Below, piece by piece: positions 47,693 through 56,053 of a stretch of DNA of 64,000 nucleotides (position 1 is the first letter of the stretch; each line of letters opens with the position of its first letter). The position numbers and the translations under genes are program-made. Under the pieces are notes generated by a model. The model had not been told where the DNA came from. It did no database searches and worked only from the letters and a program-made list of their open reading frames with translations. The stretch lies in contig CAVTNR010000022.1 in NCBI GenBank assembly GCA_963736115.1, positions 64,001-128,000 on the forward strand. The letters run 5' to 3'. This DNA is from an uncultured bacterium (GTDB lineage Bacteria; Zhuqueibacterota; QNDG01; DTFT01).

Positions 47693-48504
47693 GGCCGATT
47701 CCTCAATGCTTCGTTCAGACTGCCCGTCCGGTAGCCCTCGAGATCGAGCGCGACAGTCCGGTACCCGGCGGCCTTGAACTGTTTCACGATTTTCGGGAAC
47801 AGACCGGGTTTCAGGACCCGGTTCATTTCAGCGGGCGCGATTTCGATACGGGCCAGATCGCCGTGGTCGCGCACCCGCACCTGGATGAATCCCATGGCCC
47901 GGAGCGCGGTTTCAGCAGCATCGATGCGTTTCAGTGTCGCGGCCGTGATCGGGTCACCGTAGGGGATGCGCGTCGCCAGGCAGGCGAGCGCTGGCCGGTT
48001 CCAGGTGGGCAGCCCCCTCTTTCTGGACAGGGACCGGATTTCCCGCTTGGTCAGCCCCGCTTCCGCCAGGGGGCTGATAATCCCCAGTTCCTTCAGCGCC
48101 CTGCGGCCGGGTCTGTAATCTGCCGAGTCGTCGGCATTGGTTCCGTCCGCCACCGCTTTCATCCCGTGTTTCGCGGCCAGCGCCTTGAGGCTGGAGAAGA
48201 CGCGTCTCTTACAGATGTAACACCGGTCAGGCGGATTGGTCAGAAATGCCCGATCGGCCATGTCGCCGGGATCGATCAGAATATGGCGTACTCCGATTCC
48301 GCGGGCGAGTCTTTTGGCGTCCCCGATCTCGCCTTTCGGGTGGATTTCCGATACTGCGGTCACGGCCAGGATGCGGTCCCTTCCCAGAACTTCCTTAGCG
48401 ATGGACAGGAGAAAGGTCGAATCCACGCCGCCGGAATAGGCGACCACGATGCGGTCCAATTCCAGAAGGCGCGTCCTGAGCATGTCCAATTTAGTCATTT
48501 TCAT
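47689..48504 (-). CDS. larE: ATP-dependent sulfur transferase LarE
   Basis: AYSGGVDS, NPPDRCYICK, DGTNADD..DYRPG, ACLATRIP, GYRTGSLN; overlaps the larB start. Confidence 0.93.
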   Translation of the reverse strand: MKMTKLDMLRTRLLELDRIVVAYSGGVDSTFLLSIAKEVLGRDRILAVTAVSEIHPKGEIGDAKRLARGIGVRHILIDPGDMADRAFLTNPPDRCYICKRRVFSSLKALAAKHGMKAVADGTNADDSADYRPGRRALKELGIISPLAEAGLTKREIRSLSRKRGLPTWNRPALACLATRIPYGDPITAATLKRIDAAETALRAMGFIQVRVRDHGDLARIEIAPAEMNRVLKPGLFPKIVKQFKAAGYRTVALDLEGYRTGSLNEALRNRP

Positions 48505-48791
48505 GGACTTATTGCCTGTTTGGTTTGATCCGAAATTTATCGAATTTATGCCCGATATGCAAACTGTTTTTCCCCAGACCGGGACCCCGTCAGGAGGCTT
48601 GCTATTAAGTTGTTGCATTTCTGCCTGAACTTGTTAAATTGTACATAGATGGGAGGATTTCCCTCACCGAACGAGCCGGCTCCGGCTTCCAGATCCTCAT
48701 TCAATTTTTTTTAGACGGGTCCGGCATTACCGGACTTGTCCTCTCCTGCGTCGCCATTCAATCCTGCTTGTTTAATTCTACGGAGGAATCC

Positions 48792-49259
48792 ATGAAGGGG
48801 AATGTCAAGGTTATTGAATGCCTAAACGCCAGGCTGTCCGACGAACTCGCGGCCGTCAACCAGTACATCGTCCATTCTGAAATGTGTGCCAACTGGGGAT
48901 ATGAAAAACTGCACAAGGCCATCGAGAAACGCGCCATCGAGGAGATGAAGCACGCCGAGTCGCTCATCGCGCGCATCCTTTTCCTCGAAGGGAAACCGGT
49001 CGTCAGCGCTCTCGCGAAAATCGATATCGGCGCGGACGTCGAGGCCCAGCATCAAAAGGACTGGACCGCTGAAGAAGGGGCCGTTAAGGCATACAACGCG
49101 GACATACGCCTGGCCGTTGAGACCGGGGACAACGGAACGCGCGAACTGTTCGAGTCCATCCTGAAGGATGAGGAGACGCACATCGACTGGCTCGAAGCCC
49201 AGCTCGACCAGATCAAGCAGATGGGGATACAGAATTACCTGGTGGAGCAGATGGATTGA
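48792..49259 (+). CDS. bfr: Bacterioferritin
   Basis: ELAAVNQYIVH, EEMKHAE (heme Met), DEETHIDWLE, GIQNYL; GGAGG SD. Confidence 0.93.
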   Translation: MKGNVKVIECLNARLSDELAAVNQYIVHSEMCANWGYEKLHKAIEKRAIEEMKHAESLIARILFLEGKPVVSALAKIDIGADVEAQHQKDWTAEEGAVKAYNADIRLAVETGDNGTRELFESILKDEETHIDWLEAQLDQIKQMGIQNYLVEQMD

Positions 49260-49360
49260 AGAAGCCCGCTGTCTCCATTTTCGAACGGATTCCCGCCCGC
49301 AGGCGGCCGGAAGCGGAAACTCCGGCGCCGAATGACCGTCCTTATAAGGAGGAACCTGCT

Positions 49361-49741
49361 ATGACCGGATATGTCGGACCGATCGAAAAGGAAACCTTGG
49401 ACAATGGATTTTTCAGGAAAGTGCTGTTCACCGGAAAGCACTGCCAGCTCGTGGTGATGTGCCTGCAGCCGGGGGAGGATATCGGCAACGAAGTACATTC
49501 GAATGTCGACCAGTTTTTCCGCATTGAAAAGGGTATGGCCCGGTTCGTTTTCAACGAGAAGGAGGAGCGTCTCGTCCGTGAAAGTGAAGCCGTGGTGGTG
49601 GCCGCAGGCACCCATCACAACGTCATCAACGCTTCGGCGGACGAGCCCCTGAAACTGTACACGATTTATTCCCCCCCGAACCATCCGGAGGGTACCGTTC
49701 ACAAGACCCGGTTGGAAGCGGTGGCGGCCGAGCATCAATAA
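49361..49741 (+). CDS. Cupin domain protein
   Basis: FRKVLFTG, QLVVM, GEDIGNEVH, DQFFR, GTHHNVIN, LYTIYSPPNH. Confidence 0.85.
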   Translation: MTGYVGPIEKETLDNGFFRKVLFTGKHCQLVVMCLQPGEDIGNEVHSNVDQFFRIEKGMARFVFNEKEERLVRESEAVVVAAGTHHNVINASADEPLKLYTIYSPPNHPEGTVHKTRLEAVAAEHQ

Positions 49742-49825
49742 AGACTCGGTTTCGGCCGGCCGCATCAGGCCGGTTTATTCCGCATCGGGGAACCATTTCT
49801 GTTTCATTCATTCAAGGAGGCTGTT

Positions 49826-50260
49826 ATGGGAGTATTCGATTTTTTGGGAACCGTCGGCGCCAAGATTTTCGGCAAGGGCAAGAAAGAGGCCGAAGCGATC
49901 GAGGATCTGATCAACAAGGACCTGCCGGGCAAGATCCAGAACCTCAAGGCGGAGTTCAATGACGGTACGGTGACTCTGTCCGGTGTCTGCGACACCTATG
50001 CCACGCGAGAAAAGGCCGTTCTGCTGGCCGGCAACGTGACGGGCGTCACCAAGGTGGACGACGACAAGCTGACCTCCCCGCCGAAGGAGGAGCAGACGCA
50101 GTTTTACACAGTGGAGAGCGGCGACTCCCTGTCCAAGATCGCCAAGAAACTGATGGGCGACGGCAACAAGTGGCCGAAGATCTTCGAGGCCAACAAGGAA
50201 GTCATCAAGAACCCGGATCTCATTTATCCCGGGCAGCAGCTCCGCATTCCGAAAGTCTGA
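49826..50260 (+). CDS. kbp: BON + LysM domain protein (Kbp/YgaU family)
   Basis: EKAVLLAGNVTGV, YTVESGDSLSKIAK, IFEANK, PDLIYPGQ.LRIP. Confidence 0.85.
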   Translation: MGVFDFLGTVGAKIFGKGKKEAEAIEDLINKDLPGKIQNLKAEFNDGTVTLSGVCDTYATREKAVLLAGNVTGVTKVDDDKLTSPPKEEQTQFYTVESGDSLSKIAKKLMGDGNKWPKIFEANKEVIKNPDLIYPGQQLRIPKV

Positions 50261-50292
50261 TCCGCATTCTGTTGGTTTCATAAATGAAATGG

Positions 50293-50329
50293 AACCTGCC
50301 GGGTTTTCCGACCCGGCAGGTTTTTCTTT
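50293..50329 (+). terminator. Intrinsic terminator
   Basis: aacctgccggg...cccggcaggtt followed by tttcttt. Confidence 0.7.
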
Positions 50330-50376
50330 GTATCTGCGACGTTACCCGCCGGTGCGTCCCATATTGCTGATCAAGA

Positions 50377-50413
50377 GAACCTCCCGCAGGTTCGTAAAAA
50401 CCTGCGGGATGTT
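50377..50413. repeat. REP-like palindrome, AACCTCCCGC family (copy 1)
   Basis: gaacctcccgcaggttcgtaaaaacctgcgggatgtt. Confidence 0.7.
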
Positions 50414-50600
50414 TATCAGGAACTGTCAAGGATGAAACCCGAAAGGGGAAATTCCCAATAGCGCTTTTGAAGATGTGTCGCAGAATCCACGTCATCCGGG
50501 AACCCGGCAGCCTCTGCCGGAATATAACTGTATCCGGGCTAGAGCAAAGACGCCGGTTGACAAACAGGTAAAAAGACGGGAAACCGTCCGGGAGAATGAA

Positions 50601-51563
50601 ATGAACGGGAACGATCCGAAACCAGGGGCACATCGCAAAGTGGTGATTGTCGGCGCGGGTTTAGTGGGATCCGTGTACGCCTACGCGCTGGCCCAGAGCG
50701 GCCTGGCCGACGAAATCGTCCTCATGGATAAAAACGAGGATCTCGCGAGGGGCCAGGTCATGGATCTGGCGCACGGACAGGCCTTCTTCCCGACCGCGGC
50801 CATCCGTTTCGGCGGATCCGAGGATTTCACGGACGCGGGGCTTGTCGTCATCACCGCGGGCGCGCCGCAGAAGCCCGGAGAAAAGCGGCTGGAACTCCTG
50901 AACAGGAACTCGGAAATAGTCGGCGGCATTGTCGATGAGGTGGTCGCCCGGAGAACCGGCGGCGTGATACTCGTGGTGACGAATCCGGTGGACGGCCTGA
51001 CGCACGCGGCCGTGCAGCGCGCCGGACTGCCGAGGGGCCGCATCATCGGATCCGGGACCGTGCTCGACAGCGCCCGGCTGCGGCACCTGTTGAGCCGGCA
51101 CTGCAAAGTGGACATCCACAATGTGCACGCCTATGTGCTCGGCGAGCACGGGGACAGCGAGTTCGCGGCCTGGTCCATGACCCACATCGCGGGCATGTCC
51201 ATGGACGAGTACTGCCCCGCCTGCGGCCGGTGCAGGGACTGGAAGGCCGAGCGGTGCAAGATCGAGCAGGCGGTGCGCGATTCGGCCTATCACGTCATCG
51301 GGTACAAGGGGGCCACGTATTTTGCGGTCGGCCTGGCGCTGACCCGCATCTCGGCCGCGGTCCTGCGCGGCCAGAACAGCGTGCTGACCGTGTCCACGGA
51401 ACTGGAGGGGGAATACGGAATCAGCGGCGTGTCCCTCAGCGTGCCGGCCATGGTCAGCCGGGAGGGCGTGATCCGGGTGGTGGAGGGCCGCCTGGCGCCG
51501 GAGGAGCAGGCTTCGCTGGAGGCGTCGGCGGAGGTGCTGCGCAAGGCTTCAGGAGCATCATAG
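50601..51563 (+). CDS. ldh: L-lactate dehydrogenase
   Basis: GAGLVG, TAGAPQKPGEKRL (Gln at the specificity position), TNPVD, GSGTVLDSAR, GEHGDS, KGATY. Confidence 0.92.
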   Translation: MNGNDPKPGAHRKVVIVGAGLVGSVYAYALAQSGLADEIVLMDKNEDLARGQVMDLAHGQAFFPTAAIRFGGSEDFTDAGLVVITAGAPQKPGEKRLELLNRNSEIVGGIVDEVVARRTGGVILVVTNPVDGLTHAAVQRAGLPRGRIIGSGTVLDSARLRHLLSRHCKVDIHNVHAYVLGEHGDSEFAAWSMTHIAGMSMDEYCPACGRCRDWKAERCKIEQAVRDSAYHVIGYKGATYFAVGLALTRISAAVLRGQNSVLTVSTELEGEYGISGVSLSVPAMVSREGVIRVVEGRLAPEEQASLEASAEVLRKASGAS

Positions 51564-51591
51564 CATGTGCGTCGCACATTGCCGATGGACG

Positions 51592-51629
51592 GAACCTCCC
51601 GCGGGTTTGTAAAAACCCGCGGGAGGTTC
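51592..51629. repeat. REP-like palindrome, AACCTCCCGC family (copy 2)
   Basis: gaacctcccgcgggttt-gtaa-aaacccgcgggaggttc, 17-bp perfect arms. Confidence 0.75.
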
Positions 51630-51735
51630 TCTTTACTCCCCGAAGGGGCGGGAGCCCCTGCGGTTCCCCGATCTGAGGGCAGAGCCCTCCGTGTTGAAAC
51701 CACCGGACGGGTGGCTTCACCCATTATTTGTACCG

Positions 51736-51809
51736 TGTGGCACTGCCTTTAGGCAGTGCCAGTTATAATATAATTGATAAATTGTACGGTTCGAAGGACC
51801 GTGGCACAC
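51736..51809. repeat. REP doublet (GTGGCAC family)
   Basis: tggcactgcct-tt-aggcagtgcca and acggttcgaaggaccgt-ggcaca separated by an AT-rich spacer. Confidence 0.5.
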
Positions 51810-51978
51810 ATGTTTTTAGTTTTTCATTTTTTAACAACCCACCCGTCCGCTAAGGTACAACACTGGTGTGATCATGTTCATCTTGGAAAACTCATGGATA
51901 TTGTCCGTTAGGAGCGACCGAATTGGCCTGATTGCCCGCGTCTGAATACCCGCCGGCGGTCGCGGTTCCGTTGCTTCA

Positions 51979-52947
51979 TTATCCTTTCGGCTTCAGCATG
52001 CCGTGCATTCCGAGCCAGCTCACAAAGGCATCGAACCAACCGGTGCTCGTCGTTTCCTTCTGGTACATCCCGAAGCCGTGGCCACCCTGTTCATAAAGAT
52101 GGAATTCAACCGGACGCTTCGCGGCCTTCCAGCTGTCGATGAGCCCATAGCCGCCGTTCGCGAAGAAAGGATCGTCGGCAGCCAAGGCGATAAACAGCGG
52201 CGGGGCATCGGCCGGCACCGTGACCGTCGCGAGAGGACCGTAGATGTTGCCGATGAAGGCGGGCTTCGCATCCTCGCCGGCAAGTGCAGTCGACATGGTC
52301 AGCATCGCGCCGGCGGAAAAGCCGACCATGCCGATCCGGTCGGGGTCCACATGCCACTCGGCGGAACGTTTCCGGATAAGTGTGAAGGCCGCGCGGGCGT
52401 CGGCTATCTGCGGTGCAAGACCAGCCATCGCCTTTTCCGGGTCTGGACGCGTCGGCCGCGCTGCGGAAGAAAACATATCGCGCATGGATTTTTCGAACGC
52501 CGTCATTTCAGCCGGTGTCTGGTTCAGGCGATATTTGAGGACAAACGCGGCGACGCCCTTTTCCGCCAACGCACGGGCAACGTTCCAGCCTTCATTTTCC
52601 ATTGATAAGGTGAGGAAACCGCCGCCGGGAGCGACGACAACGGCGGCGCCGCTTGCTTTGCCGGGAACCGGAAGAAATGGTGTCAGCGTCGCAACCGTAA
52701 CGTTTCGCGCGAACTGACTGCCGTACTGCTTGTGCCAGGTCTCCGGGTTCGTTGCGCCAGGCAGCGGACCGGTCCCGATTTCGATCGCATCGGGCTGCGA
52801 AGGCGTGTCGATGGGTGTCATCCGGTCGTTCTGCGCATGGGACTGAGATGCAAGCGCAGCGACCAACACAATAACAGCGACTGCCGAGCGAGATTGGGTT
52901 GACCCCGCGAACGCTCGCATTGTCCAAAGATTCGAGATTTTTCCCAT
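51979..52947 (-). CDS. Alpha/beta hydrolase (acetylxylan/feruloyl esterase-like)
   Basis: PGGGF, AFVLKYRL, DRIGMVGFSAG (nucleophile), APPLFI..AADD, GGHGFG; signal peptide. Confidence 0.82.
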   Translation of the reverse strand: MGKISNLWTMRAFAGSTQSRSAVAVIVLVAALASQSHAQNDRMTPIDTPSQPDAIEIGTGPLPGATNPETWHKQYGSQFARNVTVATLTPFLPVPGKASGAAVVVAPGGGFLTLSMENEGWNVARALAEKGVAAFVLKYRLNQTPAEMTAFEKSMRDMFSSAARPTRPDPEKAMAGLAPQIADARAAFTLIRKRSAEWHVDPDRIGMVGFSAGAMLTMSTALAGEDAKPAFIGNIYGPLATVTVPADAPPLFIALAADDPFFANGGYGLIDSWKAAKRPVEFHLYEQGGHGFGMYQKETTSTGWFDAFVSWLGMHGMLKPKG

Positions 52948-53020
52948 GTCATTCTCTCCGGTTGAATGTTGATTAAGAATCAAGCTACGGGGTTGAATTA
53001 AGTAATATCTTTTATGAAAA

Positions 53021-53374
53021 TCACGACTTCATGCCAAAATGTTCTAAAATCAATTCATTTGAAATATCACGATTATTCTTAATATCTTTTATTAGTTTTT
53101 CTGCTAATTTTGGCCAATCATTCTCACTTATTCCTTCATAGTGATGCCAATTATGATTTCTAGCATCTATCCAACAATCCCAAAATTTCAATACAATGTG
53201 TAATTTTAAATATTCATTATTACCATTTCTTGGAAGATCAAAATCAAATTGTTCAAAATCTTTTCCTATTTCCCGATAATTTTTATTCAGGTGATAATTA
53301 ATATCATCTGATAATCCCTTTATACAATAGGTTTTTAATTCATCATATGTTTTCATAATATATTTATTACGCAT
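53021..53374 (-). CDS. Integron cassette 3: hypothetical protein
   Basis: AT-rich; ATG lies inside the GTTATGC core site; FWDCWIDARNHNW...DWPKLA. Confidence 0.7.
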   Translation of the reverse strand: MRNKYIMKTYDELKTYCIKGLSDDINYHLNKNYREIGKDFEQFDFDLPRNGNNEYLKLHIVLKFWDCWIDARNHNWHHYEGISENDWPKLAEKLIKDIKNNRDISNELILEHFGMKS

Positions 53375-53495
53375 AACGTGATTTTCGCCGGTCGAACCAC
53401 TAAAAGTAACATTCAAAATAACTGTGTTTCCACCAAACCTTCAAAATTAGATAAAATAAAACGTGGTTCGATCCGCGTGTAAAAATTTGTTATGT
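53371..53495 (-). mobile_element. attC site (end of cassette 2)
   Basis: Minus strand: ACATAAC-aaatt-tttacac-gcggatcgaaccac...gtggttcgaccg-gcgaaaa-tcac-GTTATGC; 125-bp imperfect palindrome. Confidence 0.8.
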
Positions 53496-53547
53496 AATAC
53501 ACTGCTAAATTAAGTTATTGTTTTTTGCCAGTTTTGGTCTAATTATA

Positions 53548-54408
53548 TTACTTTTGAAATCTCGTAAATGATGAAACGGATACACTTTTGGCATTATTAA
53601 ATGATGTACCGGAATATCTTAAATTAGCACTACCACCTTTGAAGTCGCTACTTTGACACCACCAATTATGAGATCCTGATCCAAATTTCCTAATCTTAAT
53701 ACTTTTTCTTAATCCATTTGTATCTCTAAATGACCAGGATCCCTTGCCTTGAACAAATATACTTGGTTGCATTCCATGTAATTCCACACCAGCGCCAGCA
53801 ATTTCTTTAAAATATGTAGTCCATGACCAATATCCACTACCTTTAATTTCCTTTGGGGCAAAAGCTACTAAATATGGTGTATTAGTTTTTAATGCTTCTA
53901 AGTATTTTAATTTAAACTCCGTTTTAGGAATACTGTTATTGTATTTTTCGAGCGGATATTCTTTCAATAATAAATATTTTATTGAATCTATAGCACTATC
54001 TACTAGCATACTATTAGGATATTCTGAAATAAACAAAGCATAATCTTTTAACTTTACAGCCTGATTGAAATCTTTTTTATGAATATGATTATTTAATAGT
54101 ATCATCAAATTTGTGTCAATCTTTGAAGCAATGGATAAAGGAGTTTCATTTTGCTTATTCTTTGTATTGACATTTGCACCTGAGTCTATTAATAATTTTA
54201 CTACTTCTGAGTGCTTAGATTTGATTGCATATATTAAGGCTGTATTGCCATTATTATCTTTATAATCAATATTTAGATCATCAGACAACAATTTAGTCAC
54301 CTCCTTTAAGTCATTATTTTTTACAGCTTGTAATAGCTCAATTTCTGATTCATTTGAAGTACAATTTAGTATTAAAAAGATTAATAGAATAAGGTGTACG
54401 GCTTTCAT
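53548..54408 (-). CDS. Integron cassette 2: ankyrin-repeat lipoprotein
   Basis: Lipobox LILNC; GNTALIYA, GANVNTKN..NETPLSIA ankyrin repeats; AT-rich. Confidence 0.8.
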   Translation of the reverse strand: MKAVHLILLIFLILNCTSNESEIELLQAVKNNDLKEVTKLLSDDLNIDYKDNNGNTALIYAIKSKHSEVVKLLIDSGANVNTKNKQNETPLSIASKIDTNLMILLNNHIHKKDFNQAVKLKDYALFISEYPNSMLVDSAIDSIKYLLLKEYPLEKYNNSIPKTEFKLKYLEALKTNTPYLVAFAPKEIKGSGYWSWTTYFKEIAGAGVELHGMQPSIFVQGKGSWSFRDTNGLRKSIKIRKFGSGSHNWWCQSSDFKGGSANLRYSGTSFNNAKSVSVSSFTRFQK

Positions 54409-54462
54409 TATTAGCTCCATGTATTAATATGATTATTGACATATTGTATCATGACGTTCATT

Positions 54463-54569
54463 ACATAACGATGGGTCATCACGGGCGGGCGAAATAAGCT
54501 TGCGGATTGCAGATTACTGACAAAGCAACTACATACTCGGGCACCGTCCCGTGAATGACCGTGTTGGGC
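54463..54569 (-). mobile_element. attC site (end of cassette 1)
   Basis: Minus strand: GCCCAAC-acggt-cattcac-gggacgg...ccgcccgtgatgacccatc-GTTATGT; 107 bp. Confidence 0.85.
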
Positions 54570-54579
54570 GATGAATCAT

Positions 54580-54795
54580 TCAAGAAAACTTGAATACTGG
54601 TGTGCTAATAACTTTTAATGGCTTCGGATTACCTAAAATGATCTGTTGAATCTTTTCGACAGTATTTGGTGAAAAATATTGTTCGCCGGTTTCAGGATTC
54701 ACGCGTGCCGGTACATTTTCAATGATATAAAATTTATCGTTCTTGTAGATCGAATAGGTTACCAATTCTTCAACTAATTTTTCTTGACGAACCAT
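54580..54795 (-). CDS. Cassette 1: YgiT-type (MqsA-like) putative antitoxin, Cys-free
   Basis: IIENVPARV...TGEQYFSP; GGAGGAG SD; immediately downstream of DUF4258. Confidence 0.75.
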   Translation of the reverse strand: MVRQEKLVEELVTYSIYKNDKFYIIENVPARVNPETGEQYFSPNTVEKIQQIILGNPKPLKVISTPVFKFS

Positions 54796-54799
54796 TTTA

Positions 54800-55120
54800 T
54801 CAACTCCTCCGGATTCTGTATTCAATCCAGTCATTTATATTGGGTTCATAAACGGTTATAATTTTTATCCAATCTCTAGATGGATAGCTGCATTGGACGT
54901 GAATAGGACGATTCTGATCCGTGAACCCGAAAATTAGACAGCTAGGACCATACTTATCATTAGGATAATCTTCAATTATTTCACCTCGTAGAATTGCATG
55001 TTTTATTTCACTTACAAATATGTTTCTAATGATGGATTGATCTGTTGCATGCTTTGAAAATTCATATTCTTCGTTTTGAACCTTATGCCTAATCTCATTA
55101 ATCATATCATTTAAACCCAT
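54800..55120 (-). CDS. Cassette 1: DUF4258 putative toxin
   Basis: FSKHA, GEIIEDYPNDKYGPSCLIFG, RPIHVQC, IITVYEP...W. Confidence 0.85.
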   Translation of the reverse strand: MGLNDMINEIRHKVQNEEYEFSKHATDQSIIRNIFVSEIKHAILRGEIIEDYPNDKYGPSCLIFGFTDQNRPIHVQCSYPSRDWIKIITVYEPNINDWIEYRIRRS

Positions 55121-55133
55121 TTATCCGTCTAAT

Positions 55134-55162
55134 AAATTAATAACTATTAATTGAAATTGCAA
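55134..55162 (-). promoter_or_regulatory. Cassette-internal promoter of the TA pair
   Basis: TTGCAA-17-TAATTT, 13 nt before the ATG. Confidence 0.5.
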
Positions 55163-55172
55163 GCCTCTTTAC

Positions 55173-55215
55173 GCCCAACCTTATTATTAGTATGCCCTGC
55201 GCAACCCTACTAAAT
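55173..55215 (-). mobile_element. Probable attI site
   Basis: Core GTTGGGC (55179-55173) is complementary to the R'' GCCCAAC of cassette 1 and is not part of an attC palindrome. Confidence 0.6.
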
Positions 55216-55326
55216 TTCCACTAACAGGAATCAAGTGTCTATCAATAGGAAACATTTCTACGAATAGGAAGAAAAAGTTCCACTAATGGATCTATTTCAA
55301 TTTTTTATTATGGCTATTAATAGGAA
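55216..55326. repeat. Five TTCy-N7-GGAA-like motifs next to attI
   Basis: Copies at 55216, 55237, 55256, 55278 and 55312. Confidence 0.55.
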
Positions 55327-55746
55327 TTTATTCCAATGATTCTTCGATTGAAATCCCTCGCAGAGTTGTAACCTGGCGCGATCAAATGAAGCCGTTGTAT
55401 TGTCTTCATCCCAAACTCTTTCACGAGATCCAATCAGGACAACATCTCGAAATACCCGGCAATAAAATCACCCTATTCGAGAGAAAACCGGATCAGCTCA
55501 GGATTCGGCGTTGGAATCCCGGTTTCCTTTTCAATGCGCACTTTTCAGAAAAAGTGAAATTGAAAAGACGAATGGGCGAGGGTAGAGATTTGATATAAAC
55601 GGACGAAGTTCGAAGGAGTGGCAGTCCGCGTTCCGCGGTTTCTACACAAAAGAACGTCCGAACGGGATTCATTCCGCTGGACATGGACTTCCCCCTTCCG
55701 TTGAAGTGCGTGATGGGTAACAGAAGGACTTTATTGAAGTTCGAAT

Positions 55747-55775
55747 ATTATACATATCAGAATTTATAAAAGCAA
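55747..55775 (-). promoter_or_regulatory. Strong promoter facing the cassette array (Pc-like)
   Basis: TTGCTT-17-TATAAT on the minus strand. Confidence 0.5.
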
Positions 55776-55956
55776 GGGGAATTTTCAGTTTTAATGGTTT
55801 GAGGGAGGGTCTAACCCGTAACAAGGTCCTTCGTGGGTGAAGCAGGGAGGCGGAACTCAGGACGACAGGGCGAAAAAATCCTCCGAGAGGCGGATCTCAG
55901 GACGACAAAAAATACCTCCGGGAGGATTTGAGGCAATGAACGTCGCAGATATAACG

Positions 55957-55993
55957 GAACCTCCCGCGGGTTTTTACAAACCCGCGGGAGGTT
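55957..55993. repeat. REP-like palindrome, AACCTCCCGC family (copy 3, inverted relative to copy 2)
   Basis: gaacctcccgcgggtttttacaaacccgcgggaggtt. Confidence 0.75.
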
Positions 55994-56053
55994 TTTCCAT
56001 GCAGATCCCCGACAGAAGAATTCGGGGATGACACCCAACCCCATTTTAATCCA

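Noticed and set aside
51850-51913. Possible attC after the esterase (TCCTAAC on the minus strand)
   Set aside because: No complementary R'/L' arms could be paired.
55386-55598. Possible intI N-terminal remnant (PKLFHEIQ; YSRE in another frame)
   Set aside because: The resemblance is too weak and no tyrosine-recombinase catalytic motifs are present; it would need tBLASTn support.
55817-55852. CGTAACAAGGT resembling the SSU rRNA 3' end
   Set aside because: Only about 11 nt match, with no surrounding rRNA sequence or anti-SD; likely chance.
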